64,000 bases of DNA from a virus (lineage: Duplodnaviria > Caudoviricetes): IMG/VR virus record IMGVR_UViG_3300028048_002144; one strand, given 5' to 3'. The position numbers and the translations under genes were made by a program. Of this stretch, positions 26,441 through 37,454 are shown piece by piece; positions within the stretch are counted from its first letter, which is position 1; every line of letters starts with the position of its first letter. A model generated the notes under the pieces. That model worked only from the letters and a program-made list of their open reading frames with translations, was not told the origin of the DNA and searched no databases.

Positions 26441-27161
26441 TAGAGATAAAATTAAGCAGCTTAGGGCTAAACGAATCGAAGAATTAAAAAGCAAGGAAAT
26501 CGAAACTCCAGCAGAAGACTTTTCTAAAAGAGTAATCGACAACGGATCTGCTACTAAAACCCAAAATACAGGGAATAAGATAGCATCAAAAGAAGATACT
26601 GTTAATACAGTAGAAGAGAAAGTACAGGTTGATGCTAAAGGCAACAAGCCTATAAATAAAGAAAATACTGTTCAAGGCGCATTAATTAAAAAAGAGGAGA
26701 GCGCTGTCTTACCTTCAGAAGATAATGAAGGCTCTGAATATCATTTCTGTTATTTAAACAAAGGAGATAAATCAGTATTTCCGTGGCTTGCTACAAAGTT
26801 TGATTCTAAAGAGTGGGAGAATACTAAAAATCAGTCAATTTGCGTTACAGACAAGACATTTAAGTTCCTTAAAATCAGAAGTAAACAGTTATCAATACCA
26901 GCAAGAAGATATTTAGCTATTTTGATTGAGGAAATGTATAATCGTATTTCAACTGGTGATATTCCTAATGCTTATGAGATAAATTTATCTGAGTTACCAA
27001 GAAAACCTAAATCATATCTCTTACCGGTTACGACAGGAGATTATATTAAGAAAGCATCAGAGATTATTGGTTTAGGAAAGTCTGAGCTTATAGAATGGAT
27101 TGTTGATGAAGAAATCAACAGGGAAAACCAGTTAGGTAATCGAGTTAATTTAGAAAAATAA
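26430..27161 (+). CDS. putative ParA partner / centromere-binding protein
   Basis: overlaps parA; disordered N-terminus, two ribbon-helix-helix-like C-terminal segments. Confidence 0.55.
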   Translation: MSSNRDKIKQLRAKRIEELKSKEIETPAEDFSKRVIDNGSATKTQNTGNKIASKEDTVNTVEEKVQVDAKGNKPINKENTVQGALIKKEESAVLPSEDNEGSEYHFCYLNKGDKSVFPWLATKFDSKEWENTKNQSICVTDKTFKFLKIRSKQLSIPARRYLAILIEEMYNRISTGDIPNAYEINLSELPRKPKSYLLPVTTGDYIKKASEIIGLGKSELIEWIVDEEINRENQLGNRVNLEK

Positions 27162-27245
27162 GATAGAGAAATAATAACATAAATAAGAGCCTCACTATAT
27201 TGATAAGTGAGACTCTTATTTTTTGGACAAAATGCAAAATTTTGT

Positions 27246-27725
27246 TTATGTAATATTTGCTGCAAGATTTACAGAGGTAAGTCCGATACAATAACAAATA
27301 TCGCAGGCAGTAAGATATTGATTACTGTCTTTTCCATATCTGTTTTTTATATCCTTGAGCCTTTCAAATACAGTTACTTCATTTCCTTTACTATCAACTT
27401 GCATATCTGCCATGTTTAATATTATATATTCATCTGTTATTTCAGTCGGATACTTACCATGTTCTTTAATTGCCTTATATAAAGGCTTTATTAAGTCGGA
27501 GCCAAAAGGGTCTTCATTCATAAACATTAACATTTTTGCACTTATATCTGGGTGCTCTGATTGTTTTTCTGAAAATTCATACCCAACATCATGAATCCAA
27601 CCCAGCATAAAACATTTATAACAAAAATCCTCTTCATAACCCATATCTTTCGCTATTTTATAAGCTTTACGGGCAACTCCTATAATATGATGAAGACGAT
27701 CTTCTGATATACCGATATAATCCAT
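27246..27725 (-). CDS. HD-domain protein
   Basis: H...GWIHDVG...H...D. Confidence 0.8.
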   Translation of the reverse strand: MDYIGISEDRLHHIIGVARKAYKIAKDMGYEEDFCYKCFMLGWIHDVGYEFSEKQSEHPDISAKMLMFMNEDPFGSDLIKPLYKAIKEHGKYPTEITDEYIILNMADMQVDSKGNEVTVFERLKDIKNRYGKDSNQYLTACDICYCIGLTSVNLAANIT

Positions 27726-28068
27726 ATTATTTACCTCGCATTCTTAAGATTCAAACCAATTAGGTGTTGTCTCACATGTTAATATACGTTCGAATTCTTT
27801 CATTCGCTGAATTTGGCTCACAGGCAAAAGAACGACATTTGTATGGTTTGAAATTGTTCTTGATCCTGAATAACCTATACAGCTTATATTTACATATTTA
27901 TAATTCATAGTTTCCTTCATAGTTTTTCCTTTCTAATTCTAAATGCAAAACATTTAAAACTTTGCATTAACTATTGAATATTTGCGTTAAAAATTGTAAA
28001 TAACGGTCGAACAGAAGTAGTTGAAACGTCTTTCAATCTATCGGAAAAATATAAATTTTTAGGATGTT

Positions 28069-28770
28069 TTACAAAAAATTATTCATTTCTTCATTTTCCC
28101 ATGTTTTGTTATAGTTGCCATTCGGGTATAATTTTGGAACTGTTGGTTCATCAATTATATTTGTTTCTCCATGTATGCTTTTCTTAAATCGTACGCCTTT
28201 ATAAAAAGCATATTCGTAGCTGCCATTTCTATACCAATCTAAGTTATTTAATAGTTCCCAAATTTTAGGATCATCGCATAATTCTTTAAAATCTGGAGTA
28301 AAATACATAGATACTGAGCGTCTTTTAAACAGCCCTTTAGTGGTCTCTATAAAATCTATTAATTTCTTATATGTTAAATGCTCATCACCGGCAATTTTTA
28401 CGTTGATTTTATCTCCATGAATTACCCAGTAATCTAATTCCTTTTTACTATGAACAGTAACCTGTATATAATCAAAATCATCATATATATCAGAGATAAC
28501 ACTTTTTAATTTTCCGTTAGTAGACATAATAATTTTAAATCCATACTTATGTACAAGCCTTGCTATTTTGATTAACTTTTCTGAACCAATACAAGTCGGC
28601 TCTCCACCTAATAAAAGAATTTCTAATTCTTTATCTGTCTTTTGTCTTAACTTTTTTAAAAAATTTTCTTCATCTGATATTCCTCTGAATTTATCAATAC
28701 AGAATGGACAATTCATATTACATTTATGAGTCACTACAATATCTGCATGATCTAAGATGATATTTCCCAT
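28069..28770 (-). CDS. radical SAM protein
   Basis: CNMNCPFC, LLGGEPT, MSTNG. Confidence 0.85.
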   Translation of the reverse strand: MGNIILDHADIVVTHKCNMNCPFCIDKFRGISDEENFLKKLRQKTDKELEILLLGGEPTCIGSEKLIKIARLVHKYGFKIIMSTNGKLKSVISDIYDDFDYIQVTVHSKKELDYWVIHGDKINVKIAGDEHLTYKKLIDFIETTKGLFKRRSVSMYFTPDFKELCDDPKIWELLNNLDWYRNGSYEYAFYKGVRFKKSIHGETNIIDEPTVPKLYPNGNYNKTWENEEMNNFL

Positions 28771-28870
28771 ATCCCAGCCTTTCTTATATTTTATGTAATT
28801 GTCTTATAAATAATATGACATATATCAAAAATAGGCTCAGAAAAATCCGAGCCTATTATATTTATATATC

Positions 28871-31771
28871 TTAATACCAAGCATAAAAACCAATTAATTG
28901 CTTTGCATCCCATTTTTTCGCCCATGCATCATCATTTAATGGATGTCGTTTTAATAAGAAATATGAATATTCATGATATGGATCTAAATTATCTGGTACA
29001 TTTAAAGAATCTATTTTTTCATAATCATAAGTACCATCAGGTTTTTTCTTTAATTTAACGTGTGTGCCTGAAGTATTTCCTCCGGCAGTAACATAGCTTT
29101 GTCCATTGTCTACCGTAGTCATATAAACTTCTACGTGTCCACCTTTAACAGTTCCAGACTGATGTACTCCATCAAATTTTTCTTTATTATATGCATAAAT
29201 TGCTATATAACCTGGTTTAGCTTTTGAAGGATCTTTTCTGAATTCTTCCCAGCTTAAGAAAGCATTTTCTTGAACAGCTAGGTTGTACCATTGTAATGAA
29301 CCAGAGTACACATCTTTAAATTCACTACCATCTTTATGCGTTCCACCGCCATTAATCATGAAGTATGAACATGTATCTGCGCACCAGTCTTCGTGAGGCT
29401 TACCAAATGCTTGTTTAGTAAAGAAATCAACCGCTCTAGTACCATCTAAGGCATTTCCAACTTGATTGCCATTAGCATCTTTTCCGTATAAAACTTCAAA
29501 TACTTTTTGGCAAACAGAATTGTCATCTATAGTATCTCCTACGCCTTCTTTATCGAATTTAATATTCCATAATACCTTATATTTATCGAAGTATTCTTCA
29601 GCTTTCTTTTTTCTTGCAGCTATAGCTTTTTCATCACCCTCATCTTCGTATTCACGTATATAATCTGTATACATGATTTCTGCTGCTGAATCACAGGCAT
29701 CATATTTATCATAATTATCTAATCCATGTAATTTGCTATAAATTCCAGTACCAAAGAAATTTGATATTTTACTACTGAATTTTTCCGATGTGGACCATAA
29801 GAAATATTGATCCTGGGTTTGTATTGCAGATAAGACATCTTGGCTTGTTGGCTCTGGTAAATGGTTTTCTTTTGCGTATTCTGGTACTGATTTAACCATG
29901 AATCCAAAACCATCTCCAGTAAATTCTTCTGTCCAACCATATAACCAGTTTCGAGTTAACTCATTTACACCACGTTCGAAATCATCATCTGTTGCATTTT
30001 CATTCGCATCATCAAGAGAATTTGTTTTAGCTTTTGAATATCTGGAACTGTAAGGATCTATTCCGTATCCAGAATCTGTTTCATAATACATATTAGATAA
30101 GATTCCACATATTGTTCCAAAGGAGAAATCTCCCTTTAAATCATCATAGACTTTCTTACAAATTGCATCTTGACCAACTCTTTTTACTTCTTCGGGATAG
30201 CTTTTCCTTTGTTGCTCTGTTCTAGCTAATCGTTCATTAGTTGCAGCTTTATCAGCAACTGATAAACCTATAAGAGGGACAAGAACAATTGAAGCTATAA
30301 TAATTAATGGAACTATAGCTGGAGTAATTAAAGCTATAATTTTAGCTATCAATTGAGCAAATAATTGAGCCATTCTTTGTCTTAGTCTAGCTAATAAAGA
30401 ATTTCTGAGCATTTGTCTAAATTGTGCTTTTGCTCTCTCGACCGGATCTATAAATTTTCCTAACGGAGTTTTTTTAAGAAGTTTCTTTGCGCCCTTTTTA
30501 GCCTTTTGTTTCGTCTTTTTCTTTAAAGCTTTAGTTTTCTTCTTTATTACTTTGCCAGGAGTGTTTATCTTTTCTTTTAATTTCTTACCAGCTTTTTTAG
30601 CAGCTTTTTTATCGAGGCCTTTTTTCTTTATTAAATATTTTTGGTATCTTATCTGCATCACTTTAGATGGAGCATAAGATGCCACTCTATATGTAGCTTG
30701 TGCACCTAATCCAATTTTTCGTATAGTGTTATAACCTTGATACGTTTCATTTGGTGCTAATTGCTTTCTTAAAATTCTTTTTCCGGTATATTTTGCATTT
30801 TTAAGAAGGTTTTTCAATTCGCTTGGAGCAGTAGCATCTGCCTGCGCTAATTTCTTTAAGAAATCTAGCTCCTGTTTTGAGACTTTCGCTAAAGGTCCTT
30901 TTCCTCTTTTAGCTAAACTTATATTATGGAGTAAAATAGATTTGGTCATTTGATGTGGTTTTACGACATTGCCATGAGTATCTAAGAATTTTACATTTCT
31001 ATATTTTGGATCAGTTGCTAAGTATGATTGTACAGAGTGCCATACATTACCAAATTCGTTTACTTTATCAATCTTAAATTGGCTTTGGAATCCTTCCATT
31101 CCATAAGTCAAACTTGAACTCATCTGATCATTTAATGTTTTTAATGATACTGTAGATATTATTGTACTTTTTCTTGAGCCATATTCAGTTCCTAGGTCAA
31201 TATTTATTCCATTAGCATTTCCAAGATTGATATTATATGTTTTAAGCTCTTGTCCAGGCATTGAAGCTTCAAAATTTAAGAATGCATTCGTCTGTCCGTT
31301 GCTTTTTTGAAATACAATATTAGCGTTTGATACAGAATTATGATCTAAAGATGATAAATTCATATCTACTGGTTTAAAAAAAGCATTTCCTTTATCATCA
31401 AGTCTATGTGTATCAAAAGCACCATTTTGGATAATCTGATGCGCTGCGTTATTAGAAAATCTATCTATAGCTTGTGTTATTTCATTCTGGCTAAATTCAT
31501 AGTGAGTATTTATAGTTTCCATACCCAGATTTTGTAATCTGGTATTTAATGTTCTTAATGTTTGCGTATCTGAAGTAAAATCTCGGACATTGTTATAGTA
31601 TTCTTGGTTACTAAACATATGCCCTAAATCTCGTGGGATATCTGCTACAGGTGCTATAGCTGTATACATCATCATAGCACCAGTTCCAGTATCGCCTAAA
31701 TGATTTTTAGCATTAGTAGATGCACTTTTTGCAACTACGTCTATATTGTCTATAACTTTACCTAACCCCAT
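28871..31771 (-). CDS. conjugation peptidoglycan hydrolase (lysozyme-like plus CHAP)
   Basis: TM at ~aa 470-505; ICGILSNMYYET lysozyme-like motif; WCADTCSY...GHVEV...GGNT CHAP motif. Confidence 0.7.
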   Translation of the reverse strand: MGLGKVIDNIDVVAKSASTNAKNHLGDTGTGAMMMYTAIAPVADIPRDLGHMFSNQEYYNNVRDFTSDTQTLRTLNTRLQNLGMETINTHYEFSQNEITQAIDRFSNNAAHQIIQNGAFDTHRLDDKGNAFFKPVDMNLSSLDHNSVSNANIVFQKSNGQTNAFLNFEASMPGQELKTYNINLGNANGINIDLGTEYGSRKSTIISTVSLKTLNDQMSSSLTYGMEGFQSQFKIDKVNEFGNVWHSVQSYLATDPKYRNVKFLDTHGNVVKPHQMTKSILLHNISLAKRGKGPLAKVSKQELDFLKKLAQADATAPSELKNLLKNAKYTGKRILRKQLAPNETYQGYNTIRKIGLGAQATYRVASYAPSKVMQIRYQKYLIKKKGLDKKAAKKAGKKLKEKINTPGKVIKKKTKALKKKTKQKAKKGAKKLLKKTPLGKFIDPVERAKAQFRQMLRNSLLARLRQRMAQLFAQLIAKIIALITPAIVPLIIIASIVLVPLIGLSVADKAATNERLARTEQQRKSYPEEVKRVGQDAICKKVYDDLKGDFSFGTICGILSNMYYETDSGYGIDPYSSRYSKAKTNSLDDANENATDDDFERGVNELTRNWLYGWTEEFTGDGFGFMVKSVPEYAKENHLPEPTSQDVLSAIQTQDQYFLWSTSEKFSSKISNFFGTGIYSKLHGLDNYDKYDACDSAAEIMYTDYIREYEDEGDEKAIAARKKKAEEYFDKYKVLWNIKFDKEGVGDTIDDNSVCQKVFEVLYGKDANGNQVGNALDGTRAVDFFTKQAFGKPHEDWCADTCSYFMINGGGTHKDGSEFKDVYSGSLQWYNLAVQENAFLSWEEFRKDPSKAKPGYIAIYAYNKEKFDGVHQSGTVKGGHVEVYMTTVDNGQSYVTAGGNTSGTHVKLKKKPDGTYDYEKIDSLNVPDNLDPYHEYSYFLLKRHPLNDDAWAKKWDAKQLIGFYAWY

Positions 31772-31791
31772 TATCTTCCTCCTTTCTTACC

Positions 31792-32604
31792 TTACATTGT
31801 TTTCTTTCTTATATGTTTTATTATTAAAGTAATTACTGTTCCTATTACTAAAATTACCCCTCCAGCTATCACAGTTGGAATGGCTTTATTTTTAGTTTTA
31901 GGCTCTTCTTTAACAAAAGACATTTCTTCTTTAGGAATTTTTTTAGAGTTATCTGATTCTGTTATTTTTACTTGCCCATCATCCTGCACATTTTTAGCCT
32001 TTACAGTATTGTACATATCATCATACCCAGCTTTTCTTTCTTCATCAGAAGGGTGGTCCATTGTATTTTTAGTAGATCCCGTATCTTCATATACCGAAGA
32101 CATCATATTCTCTCCGTTCTGATATCCAGGGATTTTAGTTTTATTATTTTCGATAAAATCTTTATCCCCAAATAAAACGGTATATTCTACAGATTGTCTC
32201 CCTACAATACTAAAGTTCGGATCCTGGTTAGAATATGTATTCTCTCCATTCTTAAAATCATTTCCATGATTAATAGTCCAGATTTTAACTCTATAATCAC
32301 TATCTCTTAATCCGGTTACAACCTTTTTGAAATTATCTTTAGCTGTAATTTCTCCAGAAGAAACTAATACATTTCGTTCTTTTTTCTCGAATATAGAATA
32401 GTTAATGCTTATATTAGCTGCATGTTTGTCTTGTACTACGCAGTTTATTGCTAAAGCTCCAGTAAGGTTTTCCAAAGGCATAGCTTCATACGTACTAAAG
32501 CTATCTGCATATACTGTGTTTATTGTTTTCATAGGTGTTAGACCAACTACTAACGCTGAAACGGTTATAGCTACTTTTTTAATCAATTTATACATAATAA
32601 GCAC
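31792..32604 (-). CDS. secreted protein with C-terminal membrane anchor
   Basis: signal peptide ending VYA; C-terminal TM plus basic tail. Confidence 0.7.
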   Translation of the reverse strand: MLIMYKLIKKVAITVSALVVGLTPMKTINTVYADSFSTYEAMPLENLTGALAINCVVQDKHAANISINYSIFEKKERNVLVSSGEITAKDNFKKVVTGLRDSDYRVKIWTINHGNDFKNGENTYSNQDPNFSIVGRQSVEYTVLFGDKDFIENNKTKIPGYQNGENMMSSVYEDTGSTKNTMDHPSDEERKAGYDDMYNTVKAKNVQDDGQVKITESDNSKKIPKEEMSFVKEEPKTKNKAIPTVIAGGVILVIGTVITLIIKHIRKKTM

Positions 32605-32606
32605 CT

Positions 32607-33257
32607 CTACTCTACGTTGTTATATTGGTTAACCAATCCTATATTTACAGCCTGTCTATTCTTGATTTCTTCTTTGTCTTTTTCTGTGAAATCATAAATA
32701 TCAACATCATCTTCATCGAATACTAATCGTATAGTATCTAATTTCTTAATATTGATATTTGAAGGCATTAGTAACCAGTATTTAGGATTAACAAAAGATA
32801 CATAGCATTCATCAGCTGCTTCTGTAGGAATAATGTTTAAGAAGAAGTATTCTGTACAAGATGGATCGTTCATCATATCTTCTCCATAAGCACTTAATAC
32901 CTTCCAGACAGATAACATTTCTGGTGTAGTGTCAGATTTAAAAACAAAATCTAACATTATAGTTCCTTTACCAGCAGATAGTTTAACTTCACCCTGAGTG
33001 ATTGCTCGTTCTGCTGCAGTTCTATAATTAAGTTTGTTGTCAGCATCTCCACCTAAAAATTTCATGATACTCAAACTAGCACGGGCTTTTGGTTGATCAT
33101 CCTCATCTAGCCCCTGGACCATTTTTAATACTCTATATTCCTTCTCTTCTGTTTTTTCATTTTCTATATTGGTATTTTCCTTGATATTTTCCATAGAATT
33201 GCCCTTTCTAAAAAATCTTTTTCTTATAAAATATGACAGAAGAAAAGCACCTAACAC
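32607..33257 (-). CDS. hypothetical protein (likely start MENIK)
   Basis: GAAAGGG RBS before MENIK; promoter motif at ~33232. Confidence 0.65.
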   Translation of the reverse strand: MLGAFLLSYFIRKRFFRKGNSMENIKENTNIENEKTEEKEYRVLKMVQGLDEDDQPKARASLSIMKFLGGDADNKLNYRTAAERAITQGEVKLSAGKGTIMLDFVFKSDTTPEMLSVWKVLSAYGEDMMNDPSCTEYFFLNIIPTEAADECYVSFVNPKYWLLMPSNINIKKLDTIRLVFDEDDVDIYDFTEKDKEEIKNRQAVNIGLVNQYNNVE

Positions 33258-33277
33258 ATTGTGTTAGATGCTTTTTG

Positions 33278-34069
33278 TTACTCAATAGAACTTTCTCCAG
33301 TGCTATAATCAATTTTTATATTTGGCTGAACATTATATACATATCTGCAAAAATGAAAATTACCTTTATCTTCTACAGACATACATTCCATTAATACTCC
33401 TCTAGCGACTAATTCGTTATCCTTAAATATTGGAGTTACCCTATATCTCACATGGTTATTAGTTTTTCGTAAATAATCTGTTACACTTTCTTCTAGTGGT
33501 AACATCCCTTCTGTATTTAGGTATCTCGTACCTGTGATCAGATTGTTCTCATTAGCATTCTGGCCAGTTAATGCATACATGATTAAATGGCAACGGTTAT
33601 ATAAATATAAATCCTTAATTACTCCAGGATATTTTACTGTATGCCATCCAGAAGGCTTTATTTGCCCTATATAGCCCCTCTTCTCTTTAGGCATATTCTC
33701 CTTGCTTATAAGTACGTCACAGCCAGTACAGCGCCCAAGAGAGTCTAATTCACCATATTCTTCGTATGGTTCTATTTCAGACATAGAATTTGGAATATCA
33801 AAATAAGGGAAATTATTATTTACTTCTACACTAGGCTGACCACTATACTCAGGAATATCTTCGAATTTAAAATCTTTCGAGGTTTCTATCTCTGTGTTGT
33901 CAGAAGGAGAGGATTCCTTTTTATCTTCATATTCCTTTACAGTTATCCCTTTTGTAGACGTATTAGATGTTTTGTTTAAAACACCCATTTTATTAAAAGG
34001 ATTTGAAATAATACATAATAAAATTACGCCTATAAGTACACTGAGCGTTCTATATCTTTTATTTTTCAT
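33278..34069 (-). CDS. membrane-anchored DNA/RNA non-specific endonuclease (EndA-like)
   Basis: LDSLGRC, KPSGWH, YNRCHLI, NLITGTRYLN. Confidence 0.88.
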   Translation of the reverse strand: MKNKRYRTLSVLIGVILLCIISNPFNKMGVLNKTSNTSTKGITVKEYEDKKESSPSDNTEIETSKDFKFEDIPEYSGQPSVEVNNNFPYFDIPNSMSEIEPYEEYGELDSLGRCTGCDVLISKENMPKEKRGYIGQIKPSGWHTVKYPGVIKDLYLYNRCHLIMYALTGQNANENNLITGTRYLNTEGMLPLEESVTDYLRKTNNHVRYRVTPIFKDNELVARGVLMECMSVEDKGNFHFCRYVYNVQPNIKIDYSTGESSIE

Positions 34070-34184
34070 AAGTTCTCCTTTCTTTATGTAAGTTCTATAT
34101 GGAATATGAATTATTTTTAGGGAATTATTGTTAACAAGAATAAGAATAAGAATAAAGGTTTTGAATAAGGGTAATTATTTTTAA

Positions 34185-34904
34185 TTAAGAGATTCTCTTT
34201 TTAGCGATATTGAAATAATCTTCGTTTTGTTCGATTCCAATGAAATTACGATTAAGATTTTTACAAGCAACACCAGTTGTGCCACTGCCCATACAATTAT
34301 CTAGCATGGTATCTCCTTCATTGGTATAGGTTTTGATGAAGTATTCGCAAGCTGCTACTGGCTTTTGTGTAGGGTGTAATTTACTTTTTTGCGTGTCCCA
34401 TTTGAATTTTAGTATATCTCTAGGGTATCTATCTGTATTTCCTCCACCAGATACTCCTGCTTTTGTGGCTCCATAATTACTTCCGTCATCACTATGTTTT
34501 GTATATGAATGTACGGGTGTATGTCCGGTTGTTTTCTGGGGATTATATGTAGGTAGTTTCTTATAGAATATCAGAACATTTTCATGGGCCTTTAGTGGCA
34601 TTTCCTTTGCATTTAGAAATCCAGTTCCTTTTGTTTTTTCTATGATCCATTCATATCTAAACATATTAGGATTTGACATAATAAGATATGCTGAGAATGG
34701 TACTTGGCTCCATAAAGCTATAACTCCATTATCTGTAATTATTCTATTGTATTGTTTCCACAATTTATCCATAGGAATAATATTATCCCATTCATTTCTT
34801 GCGGTAGTACCGTATGGTAAATCGCAGAGAATTAAGTCTACCGACTTATCGGGTATAGACGGTAGTATATCTAGGCAATCGCCTAGTCGTAAATCGATTT
34901 GCAT
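34185..34904 (-). CDS. orphan N6/N4 DNA methyltransferase (beta class)
   Basis: DLPYG, HPTQKPV, LDNCMGSGTTG. Confidence 0.9.
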   Translation of the reverse strand: MQIDLRLGDCLDILPSIPDKSVDLILCDLPYGTTARNEWDNIIPMDKLWKQYNRIITDNGVIALWSQVPFSAYLIMSNPNMFRYEWIIEKTKGTGFLNAKEMPLKAHENVLIFYKKLPTYNPQKTTGHTPVHSYTKHSDDGSNYGATKAGVSGGGNTDRYPRDILKFKWDTQKSKLHPTQKPVAACEYFIKTYTNEGDTMLDNCMGSGTTGVACKNLNRNFIGIEQNEDYFNIAKKRIS

Positions 34905-35021
34905 ATAAAGTGTCTCCTTAAAAACAAAAAAAGACCTATCAACAGATTTTTCTGCTGATAGGCCTTAATAACCTTTTACTATTTATCACTATATTTTTAT
35001 TTTTCTTAGTATCTTTACATT

Positions 35022-37454
35022 TTAGAATAAACTCTTTCTATCAGTTTTTTGTGTATTATGCTTTTTCTTATCATCTGGTTTAGTTGTAAATAACTTATAC
35101 AACAGTAGATTCTGTGGGAATTCATTTACAAATGGTATAGTTACACCATCTTTTCTAATAAGTCCCTGCCCAAATGGTGATTCATCAATAAATGCTAACT
35201 GAGATTCTGATAAGTTATAATGGTCTCTCAAAATCTCAATACCAGTAGGCTTCTGCGACAGAATCATCATGAATGATGAGTTATCAAGTACACTAAATCC
35301 AGCTTCACTATTAAAGTCTACAATACTCTGTGTAATAGCTGTTGGAACGCCATCCCACTTTCTAGCTCTTCTCCAGATTGTAGATAAGTATTCAGCAGCT
35401 GTTGGAGTCTTTAATGCGTGATGTGCCTCATCAATATAAATACGTGTTCTCTTTCCTTTCGCAAAGTTAGCAATAATCGTATTCCAGATGTGGTCAAGGC
35501 ATACCATGTATCCAGTTTCCTTTAGTCCAGATCCTAATGACTTGATATTGTATACTGTAAATCTGTTATTTACCTCAATATTTGTCTTATGAGCAAATAT
35601 ATCATGAGTTGTAGTATAAAGTTCAAGCTGTGCAGCCAGGTCAGGCGCATATGGGTTATTTTCACTTCTTATGGCATCAATGAAATCTATAAGTGTTGGT
35701 GAGAACTCTGGCTGACAGGTAATACTCTTGTCCTGCAGTAATCTCATTTGTTCAAGATATGGTCTATACATCTTTACTACTGCACTAGAAATCAAACTCT
35801 GTTCTGGAAGTGTCAGTGATCTTGTTTTACCTATCATAGTATCCACTAGTGATAAGATATAATCTGATTTTACCTTTACAGGATCCAGATTAGTCTGATT
35901 ATCTTCATCACCGTACTGTAAGTCCATATCGAATGGGTTCAAGAATAATGTTGAACCTTGTGCAAGTTTAATTTCTGCTCCATTAAATGCTTTTATTAAT
36001 TCTGAATACTCTCCTTCAGGATCAATAATGATAATATCATCATCTGTATTTAAGAATACACTTGCAATCTCTTGCTTTGCAGCCATTGATTTACCAGAAC
36101 CAGGAGTACCAACGATAATTCCGTTAGGGTTATTTCCTTTCGTTCTATCATAGATAAGCATATTCTTTGTATTAGCATTTAATCCGTAGTAGATACCACC
36201 TTCATCCATAAGTTCTACAGAATTAAATGGAATAAACAATGCTACGTTATCAGATGGCATTGTAAAAGGTGTGATTCCATCATCTCTACACAATGGAAGA
36301 ACAGTCTTAAATCCGTCTTCCTGTCTAAATGATAATCTATCTGCCTTAATGATGAATGTATTTAATTCGGTAAGCAATGTTTGCTCATTCATATTTAATT
36401 CATCTAATGTATCAGCAGTAATTAAGAATGTGCAACTGAATAAGAACAGCTTCTGATCTCCAGACTGTACTTCTTCGATTAATTCATTAGCTTGCTCATG
36501 TGCATACTTTAATTTTGGAGAAATCAAATCTCCACTATATCCAGCTTTAAATGCCTGTTTTTCTGCATCAATTACGTCACCACGGATTCCAGTAGCTTTA
36601 TCATTCAGCTTTTTGATAGCTTTATCCTGAGATAATGGAATAATGTTATATGATGCAACTACATTTATTGGCAGTGAAGCTATTGAACTTACAACATCAG
36701 TATTTAAAAGGCTAGGATAATTCTTTACGAATATTGTTCTCGCATATAAATTACCCATTCTAAAGTCATTGATTGAGTTGAAATAGAATCCAGATGGAGC
36801 AATGAAATCTTTAGTTGAGTCGCCACGTTTAGTTAATGTAGCGATATCTATTCTCTCGTCACCCTTGATCTCTTTATTAGTAATCATTTCCTGGATAGTC
36901 GTTAATCTATCTTCAATAGTCTGTGTTTTTACAATAGGCTTAGATGTTTTTGCAAGTCTAGTAAGCTGCTTCTTAATTTCAGAATCATTTCGACCTAACT
37001 GGATTCTTGCTTCTTCTACATCTACAGCTTCTACACCTATTACTAAGTATTTATCTGTTATGATATTATTTCTTCCAGATTTACTCTGTATTTCGAGAAG
37101 TTTATTATAATCTTCTCTATATTCATTGTATGAATCACTTTTCATTCTGATCTTAACTTTTTGAATAGCTGTTTCGTTATCTATTGTTTTATTATGGATA
37201 ACTAACTGTATTCTAGTATTAGATGAAAACGAATTTAAAAATCTAACATAATTGTCGAAGATTTTTTCTTGTTCAACATCAGATGCAGCTGAAAAATTTA
37301 TATCATCCAGCTTATATGCCTTAGTAAAGAACTGTGGTTTTGATTCGATAATACCATCATCATATATGCTGTAATATGGTATAGTCTCTTGTGCTGTTCT
37401 TGGCTTTGGTTCTTTCGCCTTTTTAGGGCTTTTTTTGATATTAACAAAACTCAT
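35022..37454 (-). CDS. virB4: VirB4-family conjugation ATPase
   Basis: YYGLN, GTPGSGKS, IIDPEGEY, IYIDEAH, RRARKW. Confidence 0.92.
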   Translation of the reverse strand: MSFVNIKKSPKKAKEPKPRTAQETIPYYSIYDDGIIESKPQFFTKAYKLDDINFSAASDVEQEKIFDNYVRFLNSFSSNTRIQLVIHNKTIDNETAIQKVKIRMKSDSYNEYREDYNKLLEIQSKSGRNNIITDKYLVIGVEAVDVEEARIQLGRNDSEIKKQLTRLAKTSKPIVKTQTIEDRLTTIQEMITNKEIKGDERIDIATLTKRGDSTKDFIAPSGFYFNSINDFRMGNLYARTIFVKNYPSLLNTDVVSSIASLPINVVASYNIIPLSQDKAIKKLNDKATGIRGDVIDAEKQAFKAGYSGDLISPKLKYAHEQANELIEEVQSGDQKLFLFSCTFLITADTLDELNMNEQTLLTELNTFIIKADRLSFRQEDGFKTVLPLCRDDGITPFTMPSDNVALFIPFNSVELMDEGGIYYGLNANTKNMLIYDRTKGNNPNGIIVGTPGSGKSMAAKQEIASVFLNTDDDIIIIDPEGEYSELIKAFNGAEIKLAQGSTLFLNPFDMDLQYGDEDNQTNLDPVKVKSDYILSLVDTMIGKTRSLTLPEQSLISSAVVKMYRPYLEQMRLLQDKSITCQPEFSPTLIDFIDAIRSENNPYAPDLAAQLELYTTTHDIFAHKTNIEVNNRFTVYNIKSLGSGLKETGYMVCLDHIWNTIIANFAKGKRTRIYIDEAHHALKTPTAAEYLSTIWRRARKWDGVPTAITQSIVDFNSEAGFSVLDNSSFMMILSQKPTGIEILRDHYNLSESQLAFIDESPFGQGLIRKDGVTIPFVNEFPQNLLLYKLFTTKPDDKKKHNTQKTDRKSLF

